A model generated the notes under the pieces. The model did not search any database, was not told the DNA's origin, and was given only the letters and a program-made list of their open reading frames with translations. This document shows, in pieces, positions 17,266 to 26,411 of a stretch of DNA of 64,000 nt. Each line of letters starts with the position of its first letter. Positions within the stretch are counted from its first letter, which is position 1. This DNA is from a virus. Made by a program: the position numbers and the translations under genes. The DNA is taken from IMG/VR virus record IMGVR_UViG_3300047480_000598, positions 1 to 64,000 of that record. One strand, 5' to 3'.

Positions 17266-18720
17266 CTAATTAAAAACTTTAACACCGTAATGGTGTTCGA
17301 ATGCTATTGCATCTTGATATGTATTAACCATCGGTTGTCCTTTAATATTTAAACTAGTGTTAAGTAATAAAGGACATCCAGTTTTCTCATACCATATTTC
17401 TAACAATCTTCGAATATGTCGATCGTCATTAGTTCCTACCGTTTGTACTCTGCTAGTACCGTCTTTGTGAATAATTGCAGGATATAAATTAGGATGTTTA
17501 CATCGAACAGTATATTGCATATATCTATGATCGTTACTTATTAGTTCGAAAATTTCGTCAGCATATTCTTCAAGTATCATAGGAGCAAACGGTCTAAATT
17601 CTTGCCGTTGTTTTATATTATTAACTCGATCTTTAATATCAATACCTCTAGGATCAGCTAATAAACTTCTATTACCGAACGCTCTAGGACCAAATTCAGC
17701 TTTGCCTCTTGCTACCCCACAAATTTGATTTTGTAACAAATATTCAACAATTTCTTCTTCAGTACTAGAATAGCCCATATCGTATCCTAAAAATGGACCT
17801 GGCCAATGCACATGTTTCCCTAAGTGAGCTAATACCGAACCCATGCTAGATCCTGCATCACCAGGATTTGGCATGATCCATACATTGTCAAATAATTTAT
17901 GTGCTATATCATTTGCTGCACAATTTAATGCACAACCGCCCATTAATACTAAATTTTTACTTTTACTTAATTTACGAGCACGTTGTAGTACTGAGTAAAA
18001 TAATGCTTCATAAGTGCTCTGGGTTCCTTTTGCAACGTCGAAATATCTACTAACTGGCGTATCAAGTCTCCAATCTAAACATCCTCGATGTAGATTCTTT
18101 TTAAAAGTTATTTTTTCAATATTATCAACAAAATCATCGAGGATAGTGAAATTGTAATTTCTATTACCATATGCAGCCATTCCCATTAGAATATACTCAT
18201 CTTCTAACGGTTTAAGTCCTAATCTCTGTGTCATAGCAGAGTACCAAAGTCCAATACTATGCGGGAACGATTGGCTCCACTTCTTCTTTAATTTACTATT
18301 TTGAGCGTCCCAGATAGTCGTAGTTTCAAATTCTCCGATTGCATCTAATACAACAATACATGCATTATCAAATTTGCTAGTATAGTATCCCCCAGCTGCA
18401 TGGCTAAGATGATGTGATGTAAACTTAACAGGGGCAGTAATTCCGTATGATTTAAGATAATTAACAATGTTATTATCTTTCCATTTCCATCCCTGACCCG
18501 CAAATAATTGTCGTATTGTTTTAAGATAGGGATTTTCATACCAAATAATTTCTTGAGGGTCTCCAAAAGTTAATGCATATTGGATAAGATCAGGATGCAA
18601 ATTACGATCATTTTTAACTCGACTAAATCTTTCGCTATGACTTGCAAATATTATTTTTTCGTCATAGAACACAGTAATCGCTGCATCATGACTATTTGCC
18701 GATATACCCCAAGTAATCAT
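17266..18720 (-). CDS. Carbamoyltransferase, CmcH/NodU/TobZ family
   Basis: SHDAA, ERFSRVKND, HHLSHAA, DAIGE, GGCALNC, PGDAG, EFGPRAFGNRSLLADPR, FRPFAP, DGTSRVQTV, LLNTSLN. Confidence 0.92.
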   Translation of the reverse strand: MITWGISANSHDAAITVFYDEKIIFASHSERFSRVKNDRNLHPDLIQYALTFGDPQEIIWYENPYLKTIRQLFAGQGWKWKDNNIVNYLKSYGITAPVKFTSHHLSHAAGGYYTSKFDNACIVVLDAIGEFETTTIWDAQNSKLKKKWSQSFPHSIGLWYSAMTQRLGLKPLEDEYILMGMAAYGNRNYNFTILDDFVDNIEKITFKKNLHRGCLDWRLDTPVSRYFDVAKGTQSTYEALFYSVLQRARKLSKSKNLVLMGGCALNCAANDIAHKLFDNVWIMPNPGDAGSSMGSVLAHLGKHVHWPGPFLGYDMGYSSTEEEIVEYLLQNQICGVARGKAEFGPRAFGNRSLLADPRGIDIKDRVNNIKQRQEFRPFAPMILEEYADEIFELISNDHRYMQYTVRCKHPNLYPAIIHKDGTSRVQTVGTNDDRHIRRLLEIWYEKTGCPLLLNTSLNIKGQPMVNTYQDAIAFEHHYGVKVFN

Positions 18721-18830
18721 TTGTATATGAACGGGTCTCTTTTACGAAGTTCTTCTAATCTTTTCTTAAATGCTCTATGTTCTTTCCAATATCTCCAAGG
18801 ATATGTAATAAATCTTATAATTGCGTTCAT
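18717..18830 (-). CDS. 37-aa basic peptide coupled to the carbamoyltransferase (not in ORF track)
   Basis: MNAIIRFITYPWRYWKEHRAFKKRLEELRKRDPFIYK*; ATGA overlaps with both the primase stop and the carbamoyltransferase start; fills the gap exactly. Confidence 0.75.
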   Translation of the reverse strand: MNAIIRFITYPWRYWKEHRAFKKRLEELRKRDPFIYK

Positions 18831-19801
18831 TTGTTTTTCTCCTTAAACCATGTTTTCATTCTGAGTCTAATTTTTAACTCGTAGGATTCTTTTGCTTTTA
18901 AAATAAGATATAATGTTGCTACTCTACCTAGTTTAACTACAGCATCATTAACATCTTTAACACCGTCTGGCCAATCTGGCATACTAACTGACCAGCCTAA
19001 GTCAATTGCTTGTTCGACGGATTTTGGACCTTCATGATCCTTATCCGGAACTAGTATAATCTCTCGTTGAAGTTGCTTAAGAAGCCAATCTTGACTCTTT
19101 TTAATATCGGCTCCCATAATAGCACACCCGTCAATACTTATTGCATCTATAGGTCCTTCGCAAACAATTACGAACTGTCTGTCGTATGTTTGTCTATCAA
19201 GATTAAAAACATATCCAGGTTGTTGTTCGCTTAAATATCTCGGATTACTGTTACTATTAATAACTCTTGCCGTATATCCAACTATTCTATTTTGAAAATA
19301 AAACGGAATAATTAATCGATTATCAAATCCCTTTCTAGGCGACCAGTAAAAGGGATAGTCTTCTAAAAATAAATTTCTTTTACATAGATACTCTAAAACC
19401 GGTTTTAAGTTATTAGGGAATGTAGAAATATCTGAAATTAACTGTGCATCCATCGGTAATGCACGATTATCAAATGTTGGTACAATACTTCTAATTTTTA
19501 GATTCGATTCTTCGTTTAATCGTAATGCTTCGAATCGTAATTGAGCAATAGTATCGTCGTCAATATTTAACAAATGCATTAATCTAAGCATTTTATTGCC
19601 TAATTGTCTACCAGGTTGCCAACTTGCTTTAAATTGACAATTGAAGCAATGATAACTTATTGCATTACCGTCATTAAAAATCATCCCGCCTCGTTGGCGT
19701 TTATCTCCGCAACAAGGAGCATTAAAACTAATCCATCCGGAAGGAGTATGTTTTCTGTTTAGAGGGAGATATAGTCTGATAGTATCTGTAATAAGGCTCA
19801 T
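18827..19801 (-). CDS. gp61: DNA primase (T4 gp61-like; Zn ribbon + TOPRIM)
   Basis: PCCGD...YHCFNC, RLIIPF..IVGYTAR, VCEGPIDA, VPDKDHEG, KDVND. Confidence 0.88.
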   Translation of the reverse strand: MSLITDTIRLYLPLNRKHTPSGWISFNAPCCGDKRQRGGMIFNDGNAISYHCFNCQFKASWQPGRQLGNKMLRLMHLLNIDDDTIAQLRFEALRLNEESNLKIRSIVPTFDNRALPMDAQLISDISTFPNNLKPVLEYLCKRNLFLEDYPFYWSPRKGFDNRLIIPFYFQNRIVGYTARVINSNSNPRYLSEQQPGYVFNLDRQTYDRQFVIVCEGPIDAISIDGCAIMGADIKKSQDWLLKQLQREIILVPDKDHEGPKSVEQAIDLGWSVSMPDWPDGVKDVNDAVVKLGRVATLYLILKAKESYELKIRLRMKTWFKEKNK

Positions 19802-19806
19802 ACCTT

Positions 19807-19835
19807 ATTATATTAAGATACTATCACTTTTTCAA
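19807..19835 (-). promoter_or_regulatory. Sigma70-type promoter for the primase operon
   Basis: Minus strand TTGAAA-N17-TATAAT, 5 nt upstream of the primase ATG. Confidence 0.65.
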
Positions 19836-20907
19836 CTAATCCGGCAACATTGTTACCGCTTACAAGATGCACGCCAGTTCCAGATTGTGCAGTTCCGGTC
19901 CAAGTAATGCTAGTAATACTACTCACGGCATAGCTAGACGTATATCCTGCTGTAGTAGCGTCTACATGTGTAACTGTTATTAATAAGTCATGTATACCGC
20001 TTGTTCCGCCTAATTGATCTCCGGGGACTAAAATTTGAGACCCCATAGCATATCCTGTGCCACCACTTTTAACAGTAACATTGTATTCGTTATTAGATCT
20101 AGTTACAGTAAAACTTGAACCGACTCCGTTAATAGTAGGACATTCAAATGACAATCTAAAGTAATTGTTTCGATTAATTGCTAAGTTCGATCCATAAGGC
20201 ACAACCCCTGTGAACGGACCGTCTTCGATAGTTCTAGTCCAAGACCCAAACGGCTTTCCGCCTTTTTTCCATGCTTCAGAATTTATCGTACTATTTTCAG
20301 TTGCATCGATCCAAATTGAACCAATGAATCCTGCTACATGTATTTCAAAGTCTAGTGTCGTAGTTGCTATTGCTTCGTAAAATTTTGTAGGAATTGCACT
20401 ACTGTGGTATGTGGGTTGACCTTTTAAATCAATCTCAGCAGTAAATGTGTCAAATGTCTTTGCATCTCTAAAGGTAGGTAATGCACTTCCTATTAATTCA
20501 ATAGTACCTACAGCACCAAATTTGCTGTCAGTATAGAGAATAACATCCTCGCCGTCTTTAGTTGCTGTTACGCTAAATTTAAGATATTGTTCTGATAAAT
20601 CTACTAAATCTTCTTGAGGAATAGTAGCTTTTCCAATTCCTTTATATGCTGTAGTATTAATAGTATATGGACTATTTGGAAGAGCATTGCCTGTTGCATC
20701 CATTAGATTTAGTTCTAATGATGTTAATGTTGACAGGTCGATTCTTTTTTGATCGCTATTTTTGACATCGAATTCTAATGTATTATCGATACCATTATAA
20801 ATCTTTACATTCTTTTGATACACGTTGGTATACTCCACAGTAAATCCTGTCAAATTGGCTAGTAGTTCAATTCTGTTTGGATATAAATAAGTTAGTATTT
20901 TTTGCAT
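19813..20907 (-). CDS. Hypothetical, probably virion protein
   Basis: 364 aa; C-terminal GGTGYAMG..I..PGDQLGG..DLLITV motif typical of fibre/appendage proteins; TAAATA upstream (20927-20932, minus). Confidence 0.55.
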   Translation of the reverse strand: MQKILTYLYPNRIELLANLTGFTVEYTNVYQKNVKIYNGIDNTLEFDVKNSDQKRIDLSTLTSLELNLMDATGNALPNSPYTINTTAYKGIGKATIPQEDLVDLSEQYLKFSVTATKDGEDVILYTDSKFGAVGTIELIGSALPTFRDAKTFDTFTAEIDLKGQPTYHSSAIPTKFYEAIATTTLDFEIHVAGFIGSIWIDATENSTINSEAWKKGGKPFGSWTRTIEDGPFTGVVPYGSNLAINRNNYFRLSFECPTINGVGSSFTVTRSNNEYNVTVKSGGTGYAMGSQILVPGDQLGGTSGIHDLLITVTHVDATTAGYTSSYAVSSITSITWTGTAQSGTGVHLVSGNNVAGLVEKVIVS

Positions 20908-20931
20908 GGTTATTAAACCCTTTATGTATTT

Positions 20932-21306
20932 ATGGCAAGATTAACAGATAATATAGAACACAGTTTACCTTTTATTTCAGTATTAACCTATGGTGGGGAA
21001 GAATATGTCGGGATCATTATTAATCAAGATCAATTCGTTACCTGCTTTTATGATTACAATGCAATAAAATCGACAGAAGAAAAATCGGCTTTCCTAAGCA
21101 TCGGTGAAACATGGTGGTGGGAATCAAATCGACAATTTCCTATTTCTATATTTTGCAGAGATCAAATACAACCCTTTCAATATGCTATTAGAACATTTAA
21201 TAGCAAAGATGTAAAAATTACCCTCGGACCTGTAGTAAATTTGATGAATCTAACTCTTAAAAGGGTTAAAAGAAAATCTGTACAGTTAGTTCGTAGGACT
21301 CGTTAA
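20932..21306 (+). CDS. Hypothetical protein
   Basis: 124-aa ORF with WWWESNR motif; fills the gap between minus-strand genes. Confidence 0.7.
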   Translation: MARLTDNIEHSLPFISVLTYGGEEYVGIIINQDQFVTCFYDYNAIKSTEEKSAFLSIGETWWWESNRQFPISIFCRDQIQPFQYAIRTFNSKDVKITLGPVVNLMNLTLKRVKRKSVQLVRRTR

Positions 21307-21878
21307 CTATTTTCTATACTTATACTTTCGCAAATTAGATTCATCTGCACAACTATTGCATGTGCGTATGCAATAGCATGTGCTTTCTTAAAATAATACT
21401 CGTTACTCGTCGGATTGGTCCATACTTCGTTCATCACTGTTTTCCAGTCCTGACCAATCAGATGGCGTTTTGCGGGCCGTATAATAGCGAGAACCGCGGC
21501 GAGCTGTTCCATTGAACGTGGCTTCATCTTCCTCAGGATGGTACCATGTCCGTTGACGTGAAATAGTAGATTTGTAAAGTCGTCTTGTTCGAGAAGATCC
21601 CATAGTGGCTCCGTATTCATTAATTCAAGTAAATGTTCTTTACTTCGAACATCTTCATATAGTTTAACGTTTAAAAAGTCAATTTTGAAATAGCCGCGAG
21701 ATTCTCCTTCTTTGTAATCTAAGGTACTAAGATTAGTAGAAGCATCATGCGGTATTGGTTGAAAGTAAACACCGGTATTGTGGGGAATTAATTTTTCATC
21801 AGCTGTTCGTGCTGCGACAATATGTTTAACATATGATAACGCTTTGGTACGATCAGCAAAATCGATATCAATATCCAT
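21303..21878 (-). CDS. dnaE: Miniature DNA polymerase III alpha (DnaE)-like catalytic core
   Basis: In order: DIDIDF, HNTGV, GYFKIDFL, KPRSMEQLAAVLAIIRP, YYFKKAHAIAY, matching C-family palm/finger motifs with all three catalytic Asp in 191 aa. Confidence 0.8.
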   Translation of the reverse strand: MDIDIDFADRTKALSYVKHIVAARTADEKLIPHNTGVYFQPIPHDASTNLSTLDYKEGESRGYFKIDFLNVKLYEDVRSKEHLLELMNTEPLWDLLEQDDFTNLLFHVNGHGTILRKMKPRSMEQLAAVLAIIRPAKRHLIGQDWKTVMNEVWTNPTSNEYYFKKAHAIAYAHAIVVQMNLICESISIENS

Positions 21879-22072
21879 TAGTGTTTTGTATCTGATTCAA
21901 ACAAAATTAACGGAAGAGATTCGCCTAAATATTCTGCATATTCGTTGGCATCTTCGAACGATTCAAACCCTGTAATCTTTAAGTATATAGAATTATCATC
22001 TTGATCAACAGCAATTTTTAAATCTAACGGCACTCCGTCAGAAATAGGTGGGGGTGTGATATAATTGTTCAT
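21878..22072 (-). CDS. Small acidic hypothetical protein
   Basis: 64-aa ORF translationally coupled to both neighbours. Confidence 0.6.
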   Translation of the reverse strand: MNNYITPPPISDGVPLDLKIAVDQDDNSIYLKITGFESFEDANEYAEYLGESLPLILFESDTKH

Positions 22073-22764
22073 AAATTAGATTCCTTAATTATCTGTTTCA
22101 CTAAACTTACATCTGCTGGGAGAGTTTTGAACTTCTTAAGCCAATATGGCAAATCAATCATTGTACTTATGCCTGCAAGTTGTTCGTCGTTAAACTTCTT
22201 TAACATTTCTTTGCCATTCGGACAATTTAACACTAACCATGGACTAATTTTTCCATCTTTTATATCATACATTGCTCGATTAAGGCTAACATATAAGAAA
22301 TATTGATTCCATGGACATTGATTAGAATCTGCCCATTCAAACATATGATTGAGACTTCTTTGTACAGCAGTTTCGACTGTTTCGGTTTTAATTAGGTGCA
22401 AAATGTATTTTTCGTACAATTCATCTCTACACCAGTGATCTAATTTAACACCACTAGTTACAACATATTCAATAAATTTTGTCGGATACATTGGGTTAAC
22501 ATTACTAACAAAACTTCCAAATTTAACAAAAGCATTGTAATAAGGGCTTTTGCAAAAATCTTCATATGTTTTATCTTCTGTTTTATGCTGAGTCTTTTTA
22601 TAAAATTCCAAATAAGTCGTAAATCCAATAACAACATGTTTTTCGGTTCTAGCTAGAGCTCTTCTTTTTTGCTCGCATACATGAACCGAAAGAGTTTTTT
22701 CTTTTGTGAATTTATGATCACAATATTTGCAAGTAAATGGTTTAGTTGACATTAAAGATATCAC
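22069..22764 (-). CDS. Hypothetical protein with N-terminal C2H2/C2HC-like zinc finger
   Basis: FTCKYCDHKFTKEKTLSVHVC. Confidence 0.7.
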   Translation of the reverse strand: MISLMSTKPFTCKYCDHKFTKEKTLSVHVCEQKRRALARTEKHVVIGFTTYLEFYKKTQHKTEDKTYEDFCKSPYYNAFVKFGSFVSNVNPMYPTKFIEYVVTSGVKLDHWCRDELYEKYILHLIKTETVETAVQRSLNHMFEWADSNQCPWNQYFLYVSLNRAMYDIKDGKISPWLVLNCPNGKEMLKKFNDEQLAGISTMIDLPYWLKKFKTLPADVSLVKQIIKESNL

Positions 22765-23237
22765 TTTAGTGCTTTGTCAATTGCCGAGTCATCCATCCCT
22801 AACTCTTTAGCTATTTGATACAGTTCTTTATTTGTATATTTAGAACATAAAAGATCTATTTCTTGACTGTTTTTATCCGGATATAGTTCTTCGATAAATC
22901 TAATCTTTTTATTTTCTGATTTTCTCTTCTTATGTCCGATCCATTTATGAAAGAATCTCTTTTTACTATCGTGACTACACATGCACAATAGTAACCATAA
23001 TAGTTTGGGATGTTTTTGCAAGTCAAACCAATGCTTATTAAAGTATTCGTTTACAGTTAACACAAAATGTTCTTGTATATGTCTTGGTTGCCCTTCTGCA
23101 TTGCTAATAAATCTATTGAGAATATACAATTCACTTTTGAGCAATTTTTGATTGGCTTCATCCATTGCATCCCATAGTTCTCGTAGATTTTCGTCAACAG
23201 CTTGAATTTTTTCAGTTAATTCTACTTTATCTTCCAT
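22761..23237 (-). CDS. gp62: Putative clamp loader small subunit (T4 gp62-like)
   Basis: YILNRFIS..VNEYFN..KRFFHKWI..IEELYP pattern, size and replication context. Confidence 0.5.
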   Translation of the reverse strand: MEDKVELTEKIQAVDENLRELWDAMDEANQKLLKSELYILNRFISNAEGQPRHIQEHFVLTVNEYFNKHWFDLQKHPKLLWLLLCMCSHDSKKRFFHKWIGHKKRKSENKKIRFIEELYPDKNSQEIDLLCSKYTNKELYQIAKELGMDDSAIDKALK

Positions 23238-23241
23238 TGTA

Positions 23242-23748
23242 TTAAAAAAGCCTATCTAGATATATAATTTCGTTTTGACGACTAATTTCCTTAACAAAAT
23301 ATGCACATAGCGGATTTGTAGTATGTTTGCTAGGTACTGCTAACAATTGCCCGCTTTTCATCTTTGGAAAGTACCACTTAACGTCATTATAAAAGTTTAC
23401 TATCTCGATACGTCGAAACTCAAGTCTAAAGGAGCTCAAGGGATTATACATCAATGCTTCAAATCCCCTATCATTTAAACTAGTTAAAGGTAATATTTCA
23501 ATGTCGTTTCCGGTTGCACTATCGCCGACTGCAATACACCAATCAATAGGCATTGTAATCTCGTCGTCTCCGATCTTTAGAACCATAGCCGGACTGTTAA
23601 ATGATTCAAGAAATATTAACGGAACAAAAAAGAAATCTGGATCTTTAGGATCACTATTGTCAAGTACTGCAAATCTAGTACTATCGTCGACTTCGTCGGG
23701 CAAATCGTTTAAAGAAAACGATACATTATCAAGGGTTAATATATTCAT
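23242..23748 (-). CDS. Hypothetical beta-rich protein
   Basis: 168-aa ORF in the UvsW operon. Confidence 0.7.
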   Translation of the reverse strand: MNILTLDNVSFSLNDLPDEVDDSTRFAVLDNSDPKDPDFFFVPLIFLESFNSPAMVLKIGDDEITMPIDWCIAVGDSATGNDIEILPLTSLNDRGFEALMYNPLSSFRLEFRRIEIVNFYNDVKWYFPKMKSGQLLAVPSKHTTNPLCAYFVKEISRQNEIIYLDRLF

Positions 23749-23751
23749 TAA

Positions 23752-25245
23752 TTATTTCCAATCTATTTTTTGTACTGTAAAAGGATAGTTAGCTTCTTTA
23801 TAAAACTTTTTTCTTTCGGTTAGATGTTTTTTTGCGTATTTGCATGTACTAGTAAAATCCCAAATATTTACAAAGTCTTTGTCTTCGGCTTTTCTAATAC
23901 CTCTTCCGATACTTTGTATAACTCTAACAAAGCTCTTTCCAGGTTCAATAAGGACCAAGTTAAAGATGCGAGGAATATTAATACCAACGGCAGCAACACC
24001 ATATGTAGCAATAGTGATTTTACTATTACTCGTTTTGAAATCGTCATAGTCTTCTTTCCGATCTTTTGTTTTTATTTTTCCGGATATAAACGCTACATCT
24101 GGATTCTCATTCAATATACTAAACGAATTACTTAAGTGTGCTTGTAAAAAATTACCAGTATCAATTAAGTTAACTAGCACTAGAGTATTACCTGTTTCGG
24201 CAATTTTCTTAATTTGATTAGACATATATTCTAATCTTTCGTTATTTGTTACTAGATATCTGTTTTCTTCGTGATAATTCTTAAAATCAAGCACATCTAG
24301 TAATTGCAATACGTTTACATGACAGTTAGATAATACCCCTCTATCTTGTAATTCGGATGCAGATATACCACCAACTACAGGCCCGATACTAGCAAAGATA
24401 CTCTGAGATTCAAATGCTTCTTTAGGTATTGTACCCGTTAATCCCCATCGTATAGGAGCATTAGACAAATTTTTTGTTAGAAGATTTTTTAAAACTTCGG
24501 CTTTTGCTTGATGTACCTCGTCAACAATAACTGCATTTACGTTATCTAAAAATTCAGCTAAAGTTAAAATTTCATGTTCGCTTGCTTTAGATTTTTTATC
24601 TAGAACATTTAAACTTTGCCATGTACATATAGTGTGTGTTTTAAATAGATCTTTTCGATCACCATAATAAACACCAACATCTAACCCTACATTAATAAAA
24701 TCTTCTTCTGTCTGTTCCACTAGGCCTTTGTTTGGAACTATAACAATTGTTCTTCCTACCGATTCGCAAATTTGTGCTAGTGTAGCTGTTGTAATAGTTT
24801 TCCCTGCGCCGGTTGCAATTTGTTGTAGTGATTGCGGATTATCAATAAATCGATTAATTGCTTCAACTTGATAATCACGAAGCATGATAGGTTGGCCTGC
24901 TTTTTCGTGTCCTTGTGGCCAAACTTTTCCTTGATCGTGCCAGTAGTTTTCTGTAATTTTTTTAAAGTTTAAATTACATGGTTTTCGATGATCGTCAACA
25001 TCTTCTACATGAATTCCGTTCTTACTCAATGTTTCTAATATTAATTCTAAACTATTTAAATAGCCAGAACCGCCCAATCCGAATAGTGTTACACTTCCGT
25101 CCCATCTTCCCAATTTGTACGAAGGTCGATATCTTGCAGTTGGGTCCACATATTTAAATTGTGATACTAATTTTTTTCGTATATCTAACGGAAGTCCTTC
25201 AAATTTAATGTTTACTTCATCTTTTATTATTAGTTTAACACCCAC
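23752..25245 (-). CDS. uvsW: UvsW-like SF2 DNA helicase
   Basis: WDG, LRDYQ, ATGAGKT, DEVH, GLTGT, GINIP, QSIGRGIR; likely GTG start at 25245 after GAGGA (ORF track 25302). Confidence 0.9.
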   Translation of the reverse strand: MGVKLIIKDEVNIKFEGLPLDIRKKLVSQFKYVDPTARYRPSYKLGRWDGSVTLFGLGGSGYLNSLELILETLSKNGIHVEDVDDHRKPCNLNFKKITENYWHDQGKVWPQGHEKAGQPIMLRDYQVEAINRFIDNPQSLQQIATGAGKTITTATLAQICESVGRTIVIVPNKGLVEQTEEDFINVGLDVGVYYGDRKDLFKTHTICTWQSLNVLDKKSKASEHEILTLAEFLDNVNAVIVDEVHQAKAEVLKNLLTKNLSNAPIRWGLTGTIPKEAFESQSIFASIGPVVGGISASELQDRGVLSNCHVNVLQLLDVLDFKNYHEENRYLVTNNERLEYMSNQIKKIAETGNTLVLVNLIDTGNFLQAHLSNSFSILNENPDVAFISGKIKTKDRKEDYDDFKTSNSKITIATYGVAAVGINIPRIFNLVLIEPGKSFVRVIQSIGRGIRKAEDKDFVNIWDFTSTCKYAKKHLTERKKFYKEANYPFTVQKIDWK

Positions 25246-26375
25246 ATGTTCCTCGGTTCGATAATCGGCTCTTTCTCTGTATAAGAAATAATACAGTCGC
25301 AATTTGCCGCATAAATTGCTGTTTTATTGTGTCGGAGATAATCATTGATTGAAATTACACTCATAGGTTTCCAGTCATTTGATAACATAAATTTAGGTAA
25401 TTTTGAAGGTTGTATACCTACAACTTGTGTGGTGGTATCTAACTGTTGATTATATCGATAATTTCCAATTTTTTGATTAAATTCTTTCCCATGTATATCG
25501 TTGTTGCTCAATCTAAAATAAATGCCAACGCCTGTAGTAATGTTATTTTTACTTAATGCATCATGTAATCTATCCAATTCAGCCAATGTCTTTTTTGGTT
25601 CTCTATGATCAAATACTACTAATAAGGGGAGTCTTTTTAACTCAATTAATGAGCCAATAATACCCCCTAATTCATATTCTGTAGAGTTTAACCATAGTTT
25701 TGATTGACCTCTGTATGCAATCTTTTCAGTAAGAGATGTTGGTTCGATCTTATTGATGTAGTATTGATATCTAGTACTACGATCAGCTATTAAATTTGTA
25801 GTTAAGGGAGTATTAATACCTAAATCTTCACCAATAATTTTTTGGAAATTTTGATGTTTTATAGTATTAATACGATATTGATCTACAACTTCTTCTTCTT
25901 TCCAAGAATCGATTAGATCATAATATTCTTTTAATTTTGGATCAATTTCGAAATTATGCGGGATCAATGCAGAAACAAGATCCTTTATATTTCTTTCAGT
26001 TAAGTCAGCATGATAAAATCGTCCTTGAGATTTTAATGATATTATACTCTTAGTTAAGTTATTCATCAAGTTTTTAAGTGTAGTCGAAAACGTAAATTCG
26101 ATTACAATGTTATTATCTTCTATATAGAGTTTTTTAACCATATTTACAAATCTAAAAGGTCTAGACCACATAGGATTATCAAGTAAATTAATATCAATAT
26201 TAGTATGTTGATAGTTATTTTTAAGAATTTTAACTAGTAACTTTGCCTGATTTTCGGTAAGAAAGTCGGGCGTTAGTATTCTCTTACATAAATCATTAAT
26301 TAATTTTACATCTCTAGAATCCATGTTTTTATCATCTAGTATAATGTTTATTAACGAATAATCGATATAATTCAT
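25230..26375 (-). CDS. Hypothetical protein upstream of UvsW
   Basis: 381-aa ORF with a sigma70-like promoter directly upstream. Confidence 0.7.
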   Translation of the reverse strand: MNYIDYSLINIILDDKNMDSRDVKLINDLCKRILTPDFLTENQAKLLVKILKNNYQHTNIDINLLDNPMWSRPFRFVNMVKKLYIEDNNIVIEFTFSTTLKNLMNNLTKSIISLKSQGRFYHADLTERNIKDLVSALIPHNFEIDPKLKEYYDLIDSWKEEEVVDQYRINTIKHQNFQKIIGEDLGINTPLTTNLIADRSTRYQYYINKIEPTSLTEKIAYRGQSKLWLNSTEYELGGIIGSLIELKRLPLLVVFDHREPKKTLAELDRLHDALSKNNITTGVGIYFRLSNNDIHGKEFNQKIGNYRYNQQLDTTTQVVGIQPSKLPKFMLSNDWKPMSVISINDYLRHNKTAIYAANCDCIISYTEKEPIIEPRNMWVLN

Positions 26376-26381
26376 ACTACT

Positions 26382-26410
26382 ATATTACACTCTTATAGAA
26401 CATTTGTCTA
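26382..26410 (-). promoter_or_regulatory. Sigma70-type promoter
   Basis: Minus strand TAGACA-N17-TAATAT, 6 nt upstream of ATG 26375. Confidence 0.55.
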
Positions 26411-26411
26411 C

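Noticed and set aside
23242-23748. Possible free-standing Hint/intein-like domain; inteins in helicase, terminase or UvsX
   Set aside because: The protein is beta-rich but lacks the N-terminal Cys/Ser and C-terminal His-Asn; helicase, terminase, UvsW and UvsX have normal lengths.
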